Shown here piece by piece: positions 32,363 through 45,067 of a stretch of DNA of 64,000 nucleotides. The DNA is from an uncultured Pseudomonadota bacterium (GTDB lineage: Bacteria > Myxococcota_A > Polyangia > Fen-1088), in assembly GCA_963847705.1 (NCBI GenBank), contig CAWKBC010000017.1, positions 128,001-192,000 on the forward strand. Reading direction: 5' to 3'. A program made the position numbers and the translations under genes. The notes under the pieces were generated by a model. It was given only the letters and a program-made list of their open reading frames with translations. It had not been told where the DNA came from and made no database searches. Every line of letters starts with the position of its first letter. The first letter of the stretch is position 1.

Positions 32363-32656
32363 ATGGCCACCTACATCACCGAAGAATGCATCAACTGCGG
32401 GGCCTGCGAGCCCGAGTGCCCCAACGAGGCGATCAGCGAGGGCGATGACATATACGTCATCGATCCGAAGCTCTGCACCGAGTGTGTCGGTTTCCACGAC
32501 CACGAGGCCTGCCAGGCGGTCTGCCCGGTCGAGTGCTGCCTGCCCGATCCGAAGAACGTCGAGACCGAAGACTCGCTGATCGCGCGCGCCAAGTCCTTGC
32601 ATCCGGACAAGGCGTTCGGTGACGGCTACCCGTCCCGCTTCCGCAAGAACGGCTAG
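32363..32656 (+). CDS. YfhL-type 2[4Fe-4S] ferredoxin
   Basis: CINCGACEPECP and CTECVG......CQAVCPV. Confidence 0.93.
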   Translation: MATYITEECINCGACEPECPNEAISEGDDIYVIDPKLCTECVGFHDHEACQAVCPVECCLPDPKNVETEDSLIARAKSLHPDKAFGDGYPSRFRKNG

Positions 32657-32668
32657 CGTTCAGTCGGA

Positions 32669-33439
32669 GTGAGGGACAGGGTGGGCGAGCGCAGGGAGGC
32701 TTTGCCGACCGGAGCGAGCGGGGGCGCGGGGGGCCAAAGCGAGCGCGTGGCGCGGAGGTTGATCGTCGCGATTGACGGGCCCGCGGGGGCTGGGAAATCG
32801 ACCACCGCGCGCCTGCTGGCGGAGCGGCTCGGCTACGCGTTGCTCGACACGGGCGCGATCTACCGGACGATGGCGCTGCGGGCCCGCGCCGCGGGGATCG
32901 CCTGGGACGACGGGCCGGGCGTGGCCTCCCTGGCCGACGCCCTCGACCTCTCGTTCCGGCTCGAAGGGACGTTGAACCGGGTGTTCGCGAACGGGGACGA
33001 GCTGACCTCGTTGATTCGGACCCCCGACATCTCGGATGGCGCCTCCCGCGTCTCGGCGCTGCCAGAGGTGCGGGCGGCGCTGCTCGGGCTTCAGCGCCGG
33101 ATCGGAGAGGCCGGGGGCGTGGTGGTCGAGGGGCGCGACATCGGGACGGTGGTCTTCCCCAACGCGGAGGCGAAGTTCTTTCTGACCGCCACCGCGGACG
33201 AGCGGGCCCGGCGCCGGGTCGCCGAGCTGCGGGCGGCGGGCAAGCCGGCGGAGCAGGAGACGACCCGGGCGGAGATCATCGCCCGCGACGAGCGGGATTC
33301 GACCCGCGCAGCGGCCCCGTTGCGGCGTGCCGACGACGCGATCGAGATCGACTCCAGCGCGCTCGGTCCTGATGAGGTGGTGTCACGCATGGCCACCATC
33401 GTGAATGCCCGCGCCAGCAGGGCTCCGGCAGGGTCCTGA
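32669..33439 (+). CDS. cmk: (d)CMP kinase
   Basis: IAIDGP-type IVAIDGPAGAGKST, DTGAIYR, EGRDIGTVVFP, RD.RD..R...PL; upstream of rpsA. True start may be GTG 32747. Confidence 0.95.
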   Translation: MRDRVGERREALPTGASGGAGGQSERVARRLIVAIDGPAGAGKSTTARLLAERLGYALLDTGAIYRTMALRARAAGIAWDDGPGVASLADALDLSFRLEGTLNRVFANGDELTSLIRTPDISDGASRVSALPEVRAALLGLQRRIGEAGGVVVEGRDIGTVVFPNAEAKFFLTATADERARRRVAELRAAGKPAEQETTRAEIIARDERDSTRAAAPLRRADDAIEIDSSALGPDEVVSRMATIVNARASRAPAGS

Positions 33440-33501
33440 ACCAGCGCCAGGACCCGGGAATTTGCCCTCCAGACGCTTCGCGTCGGCAGGCTCCGGATGC
33501 G

Positions 33502-33530
33502 TTGACATTCCCCAGGCGCGACGCTAAGTT
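33502..33530 (+). promoter_or_regulatory. Sigma70 promoter of rpsA
   Basis: TTGACA-17 nt-TAAGTT. Confidence 0.8.
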
Positions 33531-33658
33531 TCGCGCCTTCATTTGACCTCGGGCACGCCGAATGGTCGGTGCGCGCCGGGATAAACCCGAACCCCCGCAA
33601 CGTGCGGGACGTCCGCAGAAGGCCCCAGGTGTGGGCCCGGAAGGCAGAGGATTAGCGC

Positions 33659-35440
<1,782 letters not shown>

Positions 35441-35476
35441 CGTCGAGAGCGACGCAGAGAGCGCGAAGGTCGAAGA

Positions 35477-36790
35477 ATGACCCCGGCGACGCGCACGCTG
35501 GCGTGGCTGCGCCAGTTTGCGAAGCTCTGGGGCTTTGCGCTCTTCTGCGTCCTCGTCGTCTACATCTTCCGGGAGGTCGTCCTCCCGTTTCTGTTCGCCA
35601 TCCTGGTGGCGTACATCCTGGCGCCGCTGGTCGACCGATTCGGCCGCCTGCGCCTGGGCGGAAAACCGTTCCCGCGCGCAGCCGCGGTGATCATCCTCTA
35701 CGTCAACATCATCGCGATCCTGAGCCTGTTCATCGGCTACTTCGTGCCGAAGCTCTCCGGCGACTTCGCGCGCCTGTTTCGTGAATCGCCCCAGCTGTTC
35801 GCCAAGGTGAACCGCGAGTGGCTGCCGCGCGCGGGCGCCTGGGTCGACCACCACTTCGGCGCCGAGCAGGGGGAGGGGACCGAGGACGTCATCACCGGAC
35901 CGGTGGCGCCGCCCTCACCGCACTCCATCATCCTCGAGCCGATGAGCGAGGGGCGGTACCGGGTCGATCTCGACACGCTGGCGCTGGAGGTCCGTCCCGG
36001 CCCCGACGGCCGTTACGTCATCGCGCCGCCGCATCCAGAAGACTCCGGCGGGGGCGGCGGCGGAAAGTGGGAGCGGTCGATCAAGCAGTGGCTGTCGGAG
36101 CGGCTCAAGTCGACCGAAGGGGAGAGCCAGCGCGCGCTGGAGTACGGCCAGAAGTTCATCGGCGCCGTGGTGGCCGGGATCGGGCGCCTCTTCCTGGTCC
36201 TGATGGTGGCGGCGTTCATCCTGGTCGATCTGGTCCGCATCCAGGACTTCCTGCGCTCGCTCGTCCCCGAGCAGTACCAGGTCGACTACGAGCGGATCGC
36301 CAGCGGGATCGACCGAGGCCTCTCGGGCGTCATCCGCGGGCAGCTGGTGATCTGCTGCATCAACGGCGTCTTCACCTACACCGGCCTCTACATCTTCCAC
36401 GTGAAGTATCCGCTGCTCCTGGCCGGGATCGCCGCCACCATGAGCCTGGTCCCCATCTTCGGCTCCATCCTTTCATCGGTGCCGATCGTGGCCATCGCGC
36501 TCATCTCCTCGGGCACCTTCGATCTGCGGCAAGGGGTGCTGGTGCTCGCCTGGATCATCTGCATCCACCTGCTCGAGGCCAACCTGCTCAACCCGAAGAT
36601 CATGGGCGACGCCGCCAAGATCCATCCGGTGCTGGTGGTCTTCGCGCTGATCGCCGGCGAGCACAGCTACGGCATCGTGGGCGCTCTCTTCGCCGTCCCG
36701 GTCGCCTCGATCATCCAGACGATCTTCATGTACTACCGCAAGCGGCCGCGACAGCCGACGTCGGTCGTGGTCGTCTCGTCGTCGCCCTAG
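35477..36790 (+). CDS. AI-2E family transporter (PerM/TqsA-like)
   Basis: PFLFAILVAYILAPLVD, IRGQL, VPIFG, LE.N.L.P.IMG....IHP....AL..G....G..G...AVP. Confidence 0.92.
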   Translation: MTPATRTLAWLRQFAKLWGFALFCVLVVYIFREVVLPFLFAILVAYILAPLVDRFGRLRLGGKPFPRAAAVIILYVNIIAILSLFIGYFVPKLSGDFARLFRESPQLFAKVNREWLPRAGAWVDHHFGAEQGEGTEDVITGPVAPPSPHSIILEPMSEGRYRVDLDTLALEVRPGPDGRYVIAPPHPEDSGGGGGGKWERSIKQWLSERLKSTEGESQRALEYGQKFIGAVVAGIGRLFLVLMVAAFILVDLVRIQDFLRSLVPEQYQVDYERIASGIDRGLSGVIRGQLVICCINGVFTYTGLYIFHVKYPLLLAGIAATMSLVPIFGSILSSVPIVAIALISSGTFDLRQGVLVLAWIICIHLLEANLLNPKIMGDAAKIHPVLVVFALIAGEHSYGIVGALFAVPVASIIQTIFMYYRKRPRQPTSVVVVSSSP

Positions 36791-36842
36791 CGGGTGCTTG
36801 GTCGCACTCGCCCGAGCGACTGTTGGTCGCCCTGGCGGCGGC

Positions 36843-37682
36843 TCACAGAGGCAGGACTTGAGGCGCGCGATCCGGCCCGGCGATCAAGGCCGACCGATTG
36901 GGGACCTCGTGCCAGCCGGCCCGCTTCGCCACGTCTCGGTCCGCCTCGACGACCAGCGCCCGCAGCCCCTCGTGCGGGACGCGGCGTCCGTTGCCGGCGT
37001 CGTGCCTGGCGTGGCAGACGGGGCAGTCGGTGATCCCCTCGATGCCGAGGTAGCGGATCGGATGGGCGCACCCGGTGGCGATGAAGCAACGGCCATTGGT
37101 CGCGGCGAGCGCGATCTGCAGCGGCGCCGCCTCGACCTCGGCCAGGAGTCCGTCGACCAGGGTCAAGCTGTTGCGCAGGGCCGCGTGAACAGCCGTCGGC
37201 GCCGGCGTGGGCTGATCCAGAATCCCGGCGTCGTGCAGGAAGGCCAGGAAGAGGTGAAACAGATGCTCGCTCGCCGCCTTCCCCCGGATGTTGCGGCGCA
37301 GGAACGCCGGCGTCTTCTCCAGCATCTTTTCGCGGATGGTCTCGAAGGTGGCGTCCGGGAGCTCGGCGATCGAGCCGAACAGCCAGGAGCGGAAGCGGAA
37401 CGGATCGGCATCCTCGGCCGGCGTGCTGCCGTCATGGGCCAGGCCCACGCGCCCGATCAGCGCCTCGGCGCGCGTGTCCTTCACCAGGTTGTAGAGGTCG
37501 ACCTCGACGGTCTCGGCGCGCGGACGCTTCTGCAAGAGCACATCGCCGCCCTGCACGAAGCCGAGGCCGTAGCCCTCGACCGTGCGCGCTTCGCCGCGCA
37601 CGTACAGGGCTGCGCGCGCCGAAAACAACGCACAGGCGAGGTTCTCGGGCTCGTTTCCGAAATACGCGACGAGGTGCCTCAC
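36843..37682 (-). CDS. Class II glutamine amidotransferase (EgtC/YafJ-like) fold protein lacking the catalytic N-terminal Cys
   Basis: GYGLGF, PFRFRSWLF, LRRNIRG...SE.LF.LFL motifs; the N-terminus is MRHL rather than MCR. Confidence 0.75.
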   Translation of the reverse strand: MRHLVAYFGNEPENLACALFSARAALYVRGEARTVEGYGLGFVQGGDVLLQKRPRAETVEVDLYNLVKDTRAEALIGRVGLAHDGSTPAEDADPFRFRSWLFGSIAELPDATFETIREKMLEKTPAFLRRNIRGKAASEHLFHLFLAFLHDAGILDQPTPAPTAVHAALRNSLTLVDGLLAEVEAAPLQIALAATNGRCFIATGCAHPIRYLGIEGITDCPVCHARHDAGNGRRVPHEGLRALVVEADRDVAKRAGWHEVPNRSALIAGPDRAPQVLPL

Positions 37683-37711
37683 GACGCAAATAGAAGTATA
37701 CGGACCCCTGC

Positions 37712-38347
37712 ATGAAAATCACGGAGATCTACGCCAGCATTCAGGGCGAAACGCAGTACGCAGGGCTGCCGTGTACGCTCGTGCGCACGACCGGGTGCGA
37801 TCTGCGCTGCGGGTACTGCGACAGCCCCTTCGCCTTTCAAGGCGGGCGGGAGATGACGTTGGACGACATCGCGCACGAGGTCGACCGTCTGGGCGCTCCG
37901 CTCGTGCTGCTGACCGGCGGTGAGCCGATGCTCCAGCGGGAGCTGCCCGCCCTGGCGGCGCGCCTTCTCGCCGCGGGGTACAAGGTCATGATCGAAACCT
38001 CGGGGGCTCATCCGCTGGCGTCGCTTCCGGATGAGGTGGTTCGCATCGTCGACGTGAAGACACCTGCCTCGGGCGAATCGCACCGGATGAGGTGGCAGCT
38101 CCTCGCCGAGCTGCGGCCGCGAGATGCCGCCAAGTTCGTGGTTGCAGATGAAGGGGACTATCGGTGGGCGTGCGACGTCATCCGCGAGCACGACCTCGGC
38201 CGCCGGACAGAGGTGCTTCTCTCACCCGTTCATGGGCAGCTCGACCCCAAAAACCTGGTCACATGGATGTTACGAGATCGGCTCCCCGCCAGGCTCAACC
38301 TGCAGCTGCACAAGTATGTCTGGGATCCGGAAGCCCGCGGCGTATAG
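37712..38347 (+). CDS. queE: 7-carboxy-7-deazaguanine synthase QueE (radical SAM)
   Basis: EIYASIQGE...G.P...VR..GCDLRC.YCD, LTGGEP, ETSG, D.KTP.SG, LQLHK..W. Confidence 0.9.
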   Translation: MKITEIYASIQGETQYAGLPCTLVRTTGCDLRCGYCDSPFAFQGGREMTLDDIAHEVDRLGAPLVLLTGGEPMLQRELPALAARLLAAGYKVMIETSGAHPLASLPDEVVRIVDVKTPASGESHRMRWQLLAELRPRDAAKFVVADEGDYRWACDVIREHDLGRRTEVLLSPVHGQLDPKNLVTWMLRDRLPARLNLQLHKYVWDPEARGV

Positions 38348-38404
38348 CTTTAAAAAACCAGCACTTGCTGGCGAAGCCCCAAGATCCGGGATAAGATATT
38401 TCAA

Positions 38405-38434
38405 TTGACAGGCCGCGCCGCCGCCTGTTAGGTT
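38405..38434 (+). promoter_or_regulatory. Sigma70 promoter upstream of the HTH/recO genes
   Basis: TTGACA-18 nt-TAGGTT with an extended -10 TG. Confidence 0.65.
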
Positions 38435-38516
38435 CCGGACGACTTTTAGGCAGTAACTGTCCAAAAACGTTAAAGAAAACTCGTCGAGGAGACGAGCTTT
38501 GGAGAGTCCCGACTCC

Positions 38517-39011
38517 ATGGACGACGAGCACTTTGGAAACTGCCTTCGACGCGCGAGAGAAGAAAAATCTCTCACGGTTGGTGACGTTTCGGCATCGACG
38601 AAGGTTCCGCGCTCGGCCATCGAGCTCCTGGAGTCAGGATCGCTGAGCGGTCTGCCGGCGCATGTGTTCGTGCGCGGCTTCATTCGATCGTATGCCAAGG
38701 CCGTCGGGATCGCCGACGCGCAGCCGCTCGGGCTCTTCGATCGCGCGATCAACCGCGAGAGCGAGGTGGCGCGGGCCAAGTCGGTGAGCCCGGTCGTCGA
38801 CCCCAGCCTCGCCGGCGGCGCCGTCGAGGAGGACGACGCCGGTCGTCGCCGGGGGCTCGGCCTGGCGGTGTTCGTGATCATCTTCGTGCTGATCGCGACG
38901 ATCACGCTGTCGTTGCTCCTGCGCCGTCCGCCCCAGTCGGGTGAAGGTCTGTCGGAGCGCTCGCCCACACCGGCGCAACTCGTCGGTCCGGCGACCCGCA
39001 CGCTGACCTGA
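38517..39011 (+). CDS. RodZ-like HTH_25 membrane protein (short, no large periplasmic domain)
   Basis: G..LRRARE...L....VS..TK......LE.G....LP..VFVRGFIRSYA..VG, then one TM helix and a short tail. Confidence 0.85.
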   Translation: MDDEHFGNCLRRAREEKSLTVGDVSASTKVPRSAIELLESGSLSGLPAHVFVRGFIRSYAKAVGIADAQPLGLFDRAINRESEVARAKSVSPVVDPSLAGGAVEEDDAGRRRGLGLAVFVIIFVLIATITLSLLLRRPPQSGEGLSERSPTPAQLVGPATRTLT

Positions 39012-39043
39012 CCCGATCTAGAATCGGGCTAAGCTCGGGAGCG

Positions 39044-39814
39044 ATGGCCTCCGCTTCCTTGTCGACCCCCGCGATCGTGTTGCGCGCGGTGAATTACGGC
39101 GAAGCCGATCGGGTCGTCACCCTGTTTGGCCGAGAGACCGGACGCGTCTCCGCGCTGGCGCGAGGGGCCCGCAAGAGCCAGCGGCGGTTCGCGGGCGGGC
39201 TCGGTCTGTGCGCGGTGGGTGTCGCTTCCCTGCGCGAGCGCGCCGGCGCCGAGCTTCTGACGCTGGAGGGATTCGACACGACGGTCTCCCATCCAGCGCT
39301 CGGGACCGACGTGGCCCGGATGGCGCACGCCGCCTACGCCGCCGAGCTCGTGACCAAGCTCTGCGCGCCACGGCAGGTCGAGCGGGCCGTCTACGGCTGG
39401 CTGGAGGCGCTGCTCGGCCTCGTCGACGCCGAGGGGGCGAGCGCCGAACGGCTGCGCGTGTTCGAGCTGGGGCTGCTCCGCGGGCTCGGCTTCGGTCCCG
39501 TCATCGACCGCTGCGCGGCGTGCGGCGAGAGCACGCCGACCATCTCCTTCCGCTGGGACCCCGATCGGGGCGGCGCGGTCTGCACCGCTTGCGCCCGGGG
39601 AGGGCGCCCGCTCACGGCGGCGGCGCGGACGGCGCTCATTCGCCTGTCGCAGGTTTCGTTACCCGATGCGGGGCGTGAGACCCTGTCCAGCGACGTGAAC
39701 CGCGACTGCCGCGAAGCGCTGCTGGAGATCATCAACCACCACATCAGCGGTCCGTTGAAATCGGTGGAATTCATTGCCAAGCTGAGCGCCAGCGGGGCAG
39801 GGGGGCACCGATGA
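39044..39814 (+). CDS. recO: DNA repair protein RecO
   Basis: AIVLR...YGEADRVVTL....G.V.A.ARGARKS..RF; FEL.LL..LGFGP; CAAC...CTAC zinc finger. Confidence 0.95.
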   Translation: MASASLSTPAIVLRAVNYGEADRVVTLFGRETGRVSALARGARKSQRRFAGGLGLCAVGVASLRERAGAELLTLEGFDTTVSHPALGTDVARMAHAAYAAELVTKLCAPRQVERAVYGWLEALLGLVDAEGASAERLRVFELGLLRGLGFGPVIDRCAACGESTPTISFRWDPDRGGAVCTACARGGRPLTAAARTALIRLSQVSLPDAGRETLSSDVNRDCREALLEIINHHISGPLKSVEFIAKLSASGAGGHR

Positions 39815-40197
39815 CCAGACCGGCAATGCTCGGAATCCGTCACGTCGCGCTCACGGTCCAGGATCTCGAGGCCGCCGAGAGCTTCTGGGTCGGGGTGATG
39901 GGGTACGAGATCGAGTGGCGGCCCGACGCCGACAACCTCTACCTGCACGGCGGGCGCGACAACCTGGCTCTCCATCGGGGGAACGTTCAGGACGGCGGGC
40001 AACTCGATCACATCGGGATCGCCGTGCCGACGGCCGCCGACGTCGACGCCTGGGCGGCCCACCTCGCGGCGCACGGCCTGTCGCTCAAGGCGCAGCCCAA
40101 GACCCACCGCGACGGCTCCCGCTCGCTCTACTTCCACGGTCCCCAGAACCTCCTCATCCAGATCATCCACCACCTGCCGATCTCGACGGGACCCTGA
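39811..40197 (+). CDS. VOC (glyoxalase/bleomycin-resistance) family protein
   Basis: IRHVAL.V.DLE....F...MG, LDHIG, HRDGSRSLYF..P. Confidence 0.9.
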   Translation: MTRPAMLGIRHVALTVQDLEAAESFWVGVMGYEIEWRPDADNLYLHGGRDNLALHRGNVQDGGQLDHIGIAVPTAADVDAWAAHLAAHGLSLKAQPKTHRDGSRSLYFHGPQNLLIQIIHHLPISTGP

Positions 40198-40208
40198 GAG
40201 GGTCCCGT
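40186..40208. terminator. Perfect 10-bp hairpin spanning the VOC stop codon
   Basis: acgggaccct-gag-agggtcccgt; no U-tract. Confidence 0.45.
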
Positions 40209-40278
40209 GCCCCCCGCGATGGGGCCGGCCAGGCAAAGCCTGTCCGTCCCCGACGCGATCGACTAGATTATCGCCCCC

Positions 40279-41913
40279 ATGCCCGCGTCATCGCTCGAAC
40301 AGATCGTCAGCCTGGCCAAGCGCCGGGGATTCGTCTTCCCGTCATCGGCCATTTACGGCGGCCTCGGCAGCACCTGGGACTACGGCCCCCTGGGGGTGGA
40401 GCTGAAGAACAACGTCAAGCGCGCCTGGTGGCGCTCCGTCGTTTACGACCGCGACGACATGGAGGGCCTCGACGCCGCCATTCTGATGAACCGGCTGGTC
40501 TGGAAGTACTCCGGCCACGAGGCCACGTTCTCGGATCCGATGACCGACTGCCGGAGCTGCAAGGCGCGCCCGCGCGCCGACCACGTCTTCGTGGCGCAGA
40601 AGGGGCGCGACCCGGTCAACGTCGGCGAGATCAACGCCGCCATCGAGGCCAAGGAGCTGAAGTGCCCCAAGTGCGGCGCCACCGACCTGACGCCGGCGCG
40701 CCCGTTCAACCTGATGTTCAAGACCACCGTCGGGCCGGTCGACACTGGCGACGACTCGGGGCTGGCTTACCTGCGGCCGGAGACGGCGCAGGGGATCTTC
40801 GTCAACTTCGGCAACATCCTGGACACCATGCGCCGGAAGCTGCCGTTCGGGGTGGCGCAGATCGGCAAGGCGTTCCGCAACGAGATCACGCCGGGCAACT
40901 TCACCTTCCGGACGCGCGAGTTCGAGCAGATGGAGATCGAGTACTTCGTGAAGCCGGGCGAGGACGAGGCGGCGCACCAGGCCTGGATCGACGCGCGCAC
41001 GCAGTGGTACGTCGATCTGGGAATGCGGCGCGAGAACCTGCGCCAGCGCGAGCAGACCAAGGACGAGCTGGCCCACTACGCCAAGCGCTGCGTCGACCTC
41101 GAGTATCGCTTCCCGATGGGGTGGAGCGAGCTCGAGGGGATCGCCAACCGCACCGACTACGATCTGAAGGCGCACAGCCGCAGCCCGGAGAACCCGGATG
41201 CGGTGGGCGAGCTGCGCTACTTCGATCAAGAACAGAAGAAGCACATCGTCCCCTACGTGATCGAGCCGTCGGCCGGGGCCGATCGGGCGACGCTGGCCTT
41301 CCTCTGCGACGCCTACGACGAGTCGCTGGTCAAGGAGCCGGCGGCCGAGGAGACCGCCAAGCTGCGCGAGCTGGTGGAGAGCTTCGCCAAGTCGGTCAGC
41401 AAGCGCGATCCCAAGCAGATGGAGACGGCGACCAAGGAGCGGCTGGTCGCGGCCGCCGAAAAGATCGCGGCGGGGCTGCCGGGATCGTTGCCGGAGCTGC
41501 TGGGCCTCGCCGACGACGCCGACGCCAACCGGATCGAGGTCTGGAAGAAGGTGCGGGGCGCCGCCGAGAAGCTCGGCGAGGAGCACACCCGAACGGTCCT
41601 GCGCCTCAACCCCAAGCTGTCACCGATCACGGTGGCGGTCTTCCCGCTCAAGAAGAACGAGCCGCGGCTGGTCGAGACGGCGCGCGGGATCAAGCGTGAC
41701 CTTCAGCGCGCCGGGCTGCGGACGGTCTATGACGACACGGGCGCCATCGGGAAGCTCTACCGGCGGCAGGACGAGGTCGGCACGCCGTTCTGCATCACCG
41801 TCGACTTCCAGAGCCTGGACGACCAGACCGTGACCGTGCGTGATCGAGACACCATGGGACAGGAGCGGGTGGGGATCGCGGAGCTCGGGGCGGCGCTGCG
41901 GGCCAAGGTCTGA
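40279..41913 (+). CDS. glyQS: Glycine--tRNA ligase, homodimeric (alpha2) type, with a large insertion before the anticodon-binding domain
   Basis: KRRGFVF.SS.IYGG....DYGPLG, FNLMF.T, YLRPETAQG.F, GKAFRNEI, FRTREFEQME, ELEGIA.R, VIEPS.G.DR, IGK.YRRQDE.GTP. Confidence 0.95.
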   Translation: MPASSLEQIVSLAKRRGFVFPSSAIYGGLGSTWDYGPLGVELKNNVKRAWWRSVVYDRDDMEGLDAAILMNRLVWKYSGHEATFSDPMTDCRSCKARPRADHVFVAQKGRDPVNVGEINAAIEAKELKCPKCGATDLTPARPFNLMFKTTVGPVDTGDDSGLAYLRPETAQGIFVNFGNILDTMRRKLPFGVAQIGKAFRNEITPGNFTFRTREFEQMEIEYFVKPGEDEAAHQAWIDARTQWYVDLGMRRENLRQREQTKDELAHYAKRCVDLEYRFPMGWSELEGIANRTDYDLKAHSRSPENPDAVGELRYFDQEQKKHIVPYVIEPSAGADRATLAFLCDAYDESLVKEPAAEETAKLRELVESFAKSVSKRDPKQMETATKERLVAAAEKIAAGLPGSLPELLGLADDADANRIEVWKKVRGAAEKLGEEHTRTVLRLNPKLSPITVAVFPLKKNEPRLVETARGIKRDLQRAGLRTVYDDTGAIGKLYRRQDEVGTPFCITVDFQSLDDQTVTVRDRDTMGQERVGIAELGAALRAKV

Positions 41914-42079
41914 TCACGTCTCGAGGAGCGTCCGGACGGGCGCCCCGACCGGCTCCGGGGTCTCCTGGAAGCCGGTCGGTTCGTGGACGGCAGACCGGCG
42001 TCCGTGCCAGGGCGCAAATGGTCGAATTCGTGCGAGGAAAACCTTCCTTGGCGAGCCATGACAGGGTAAATAAGCGCCC

Positions 42080-45028
<2,949 letters not shown>

Positions 45029-45067
45029 CGGACAACCGGACTGCACCGGGTCGGGTCGAAGAACCGA

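Noticed and set aside
40230-40242. caggcaaagcctg hairpin resembling part of a c-di-GMP-I riboswitch upstream of glyQS
   Set aside because: The rest of the two-stem GEMM architecture is missing, and the likely -10 box lies downstream of it.
41323-41586. Intein in glyQS
   Set aside because: No C-terminal His-Asn followed by Cys/Ser/Thr, helical rather than HINT beta character, and too short.
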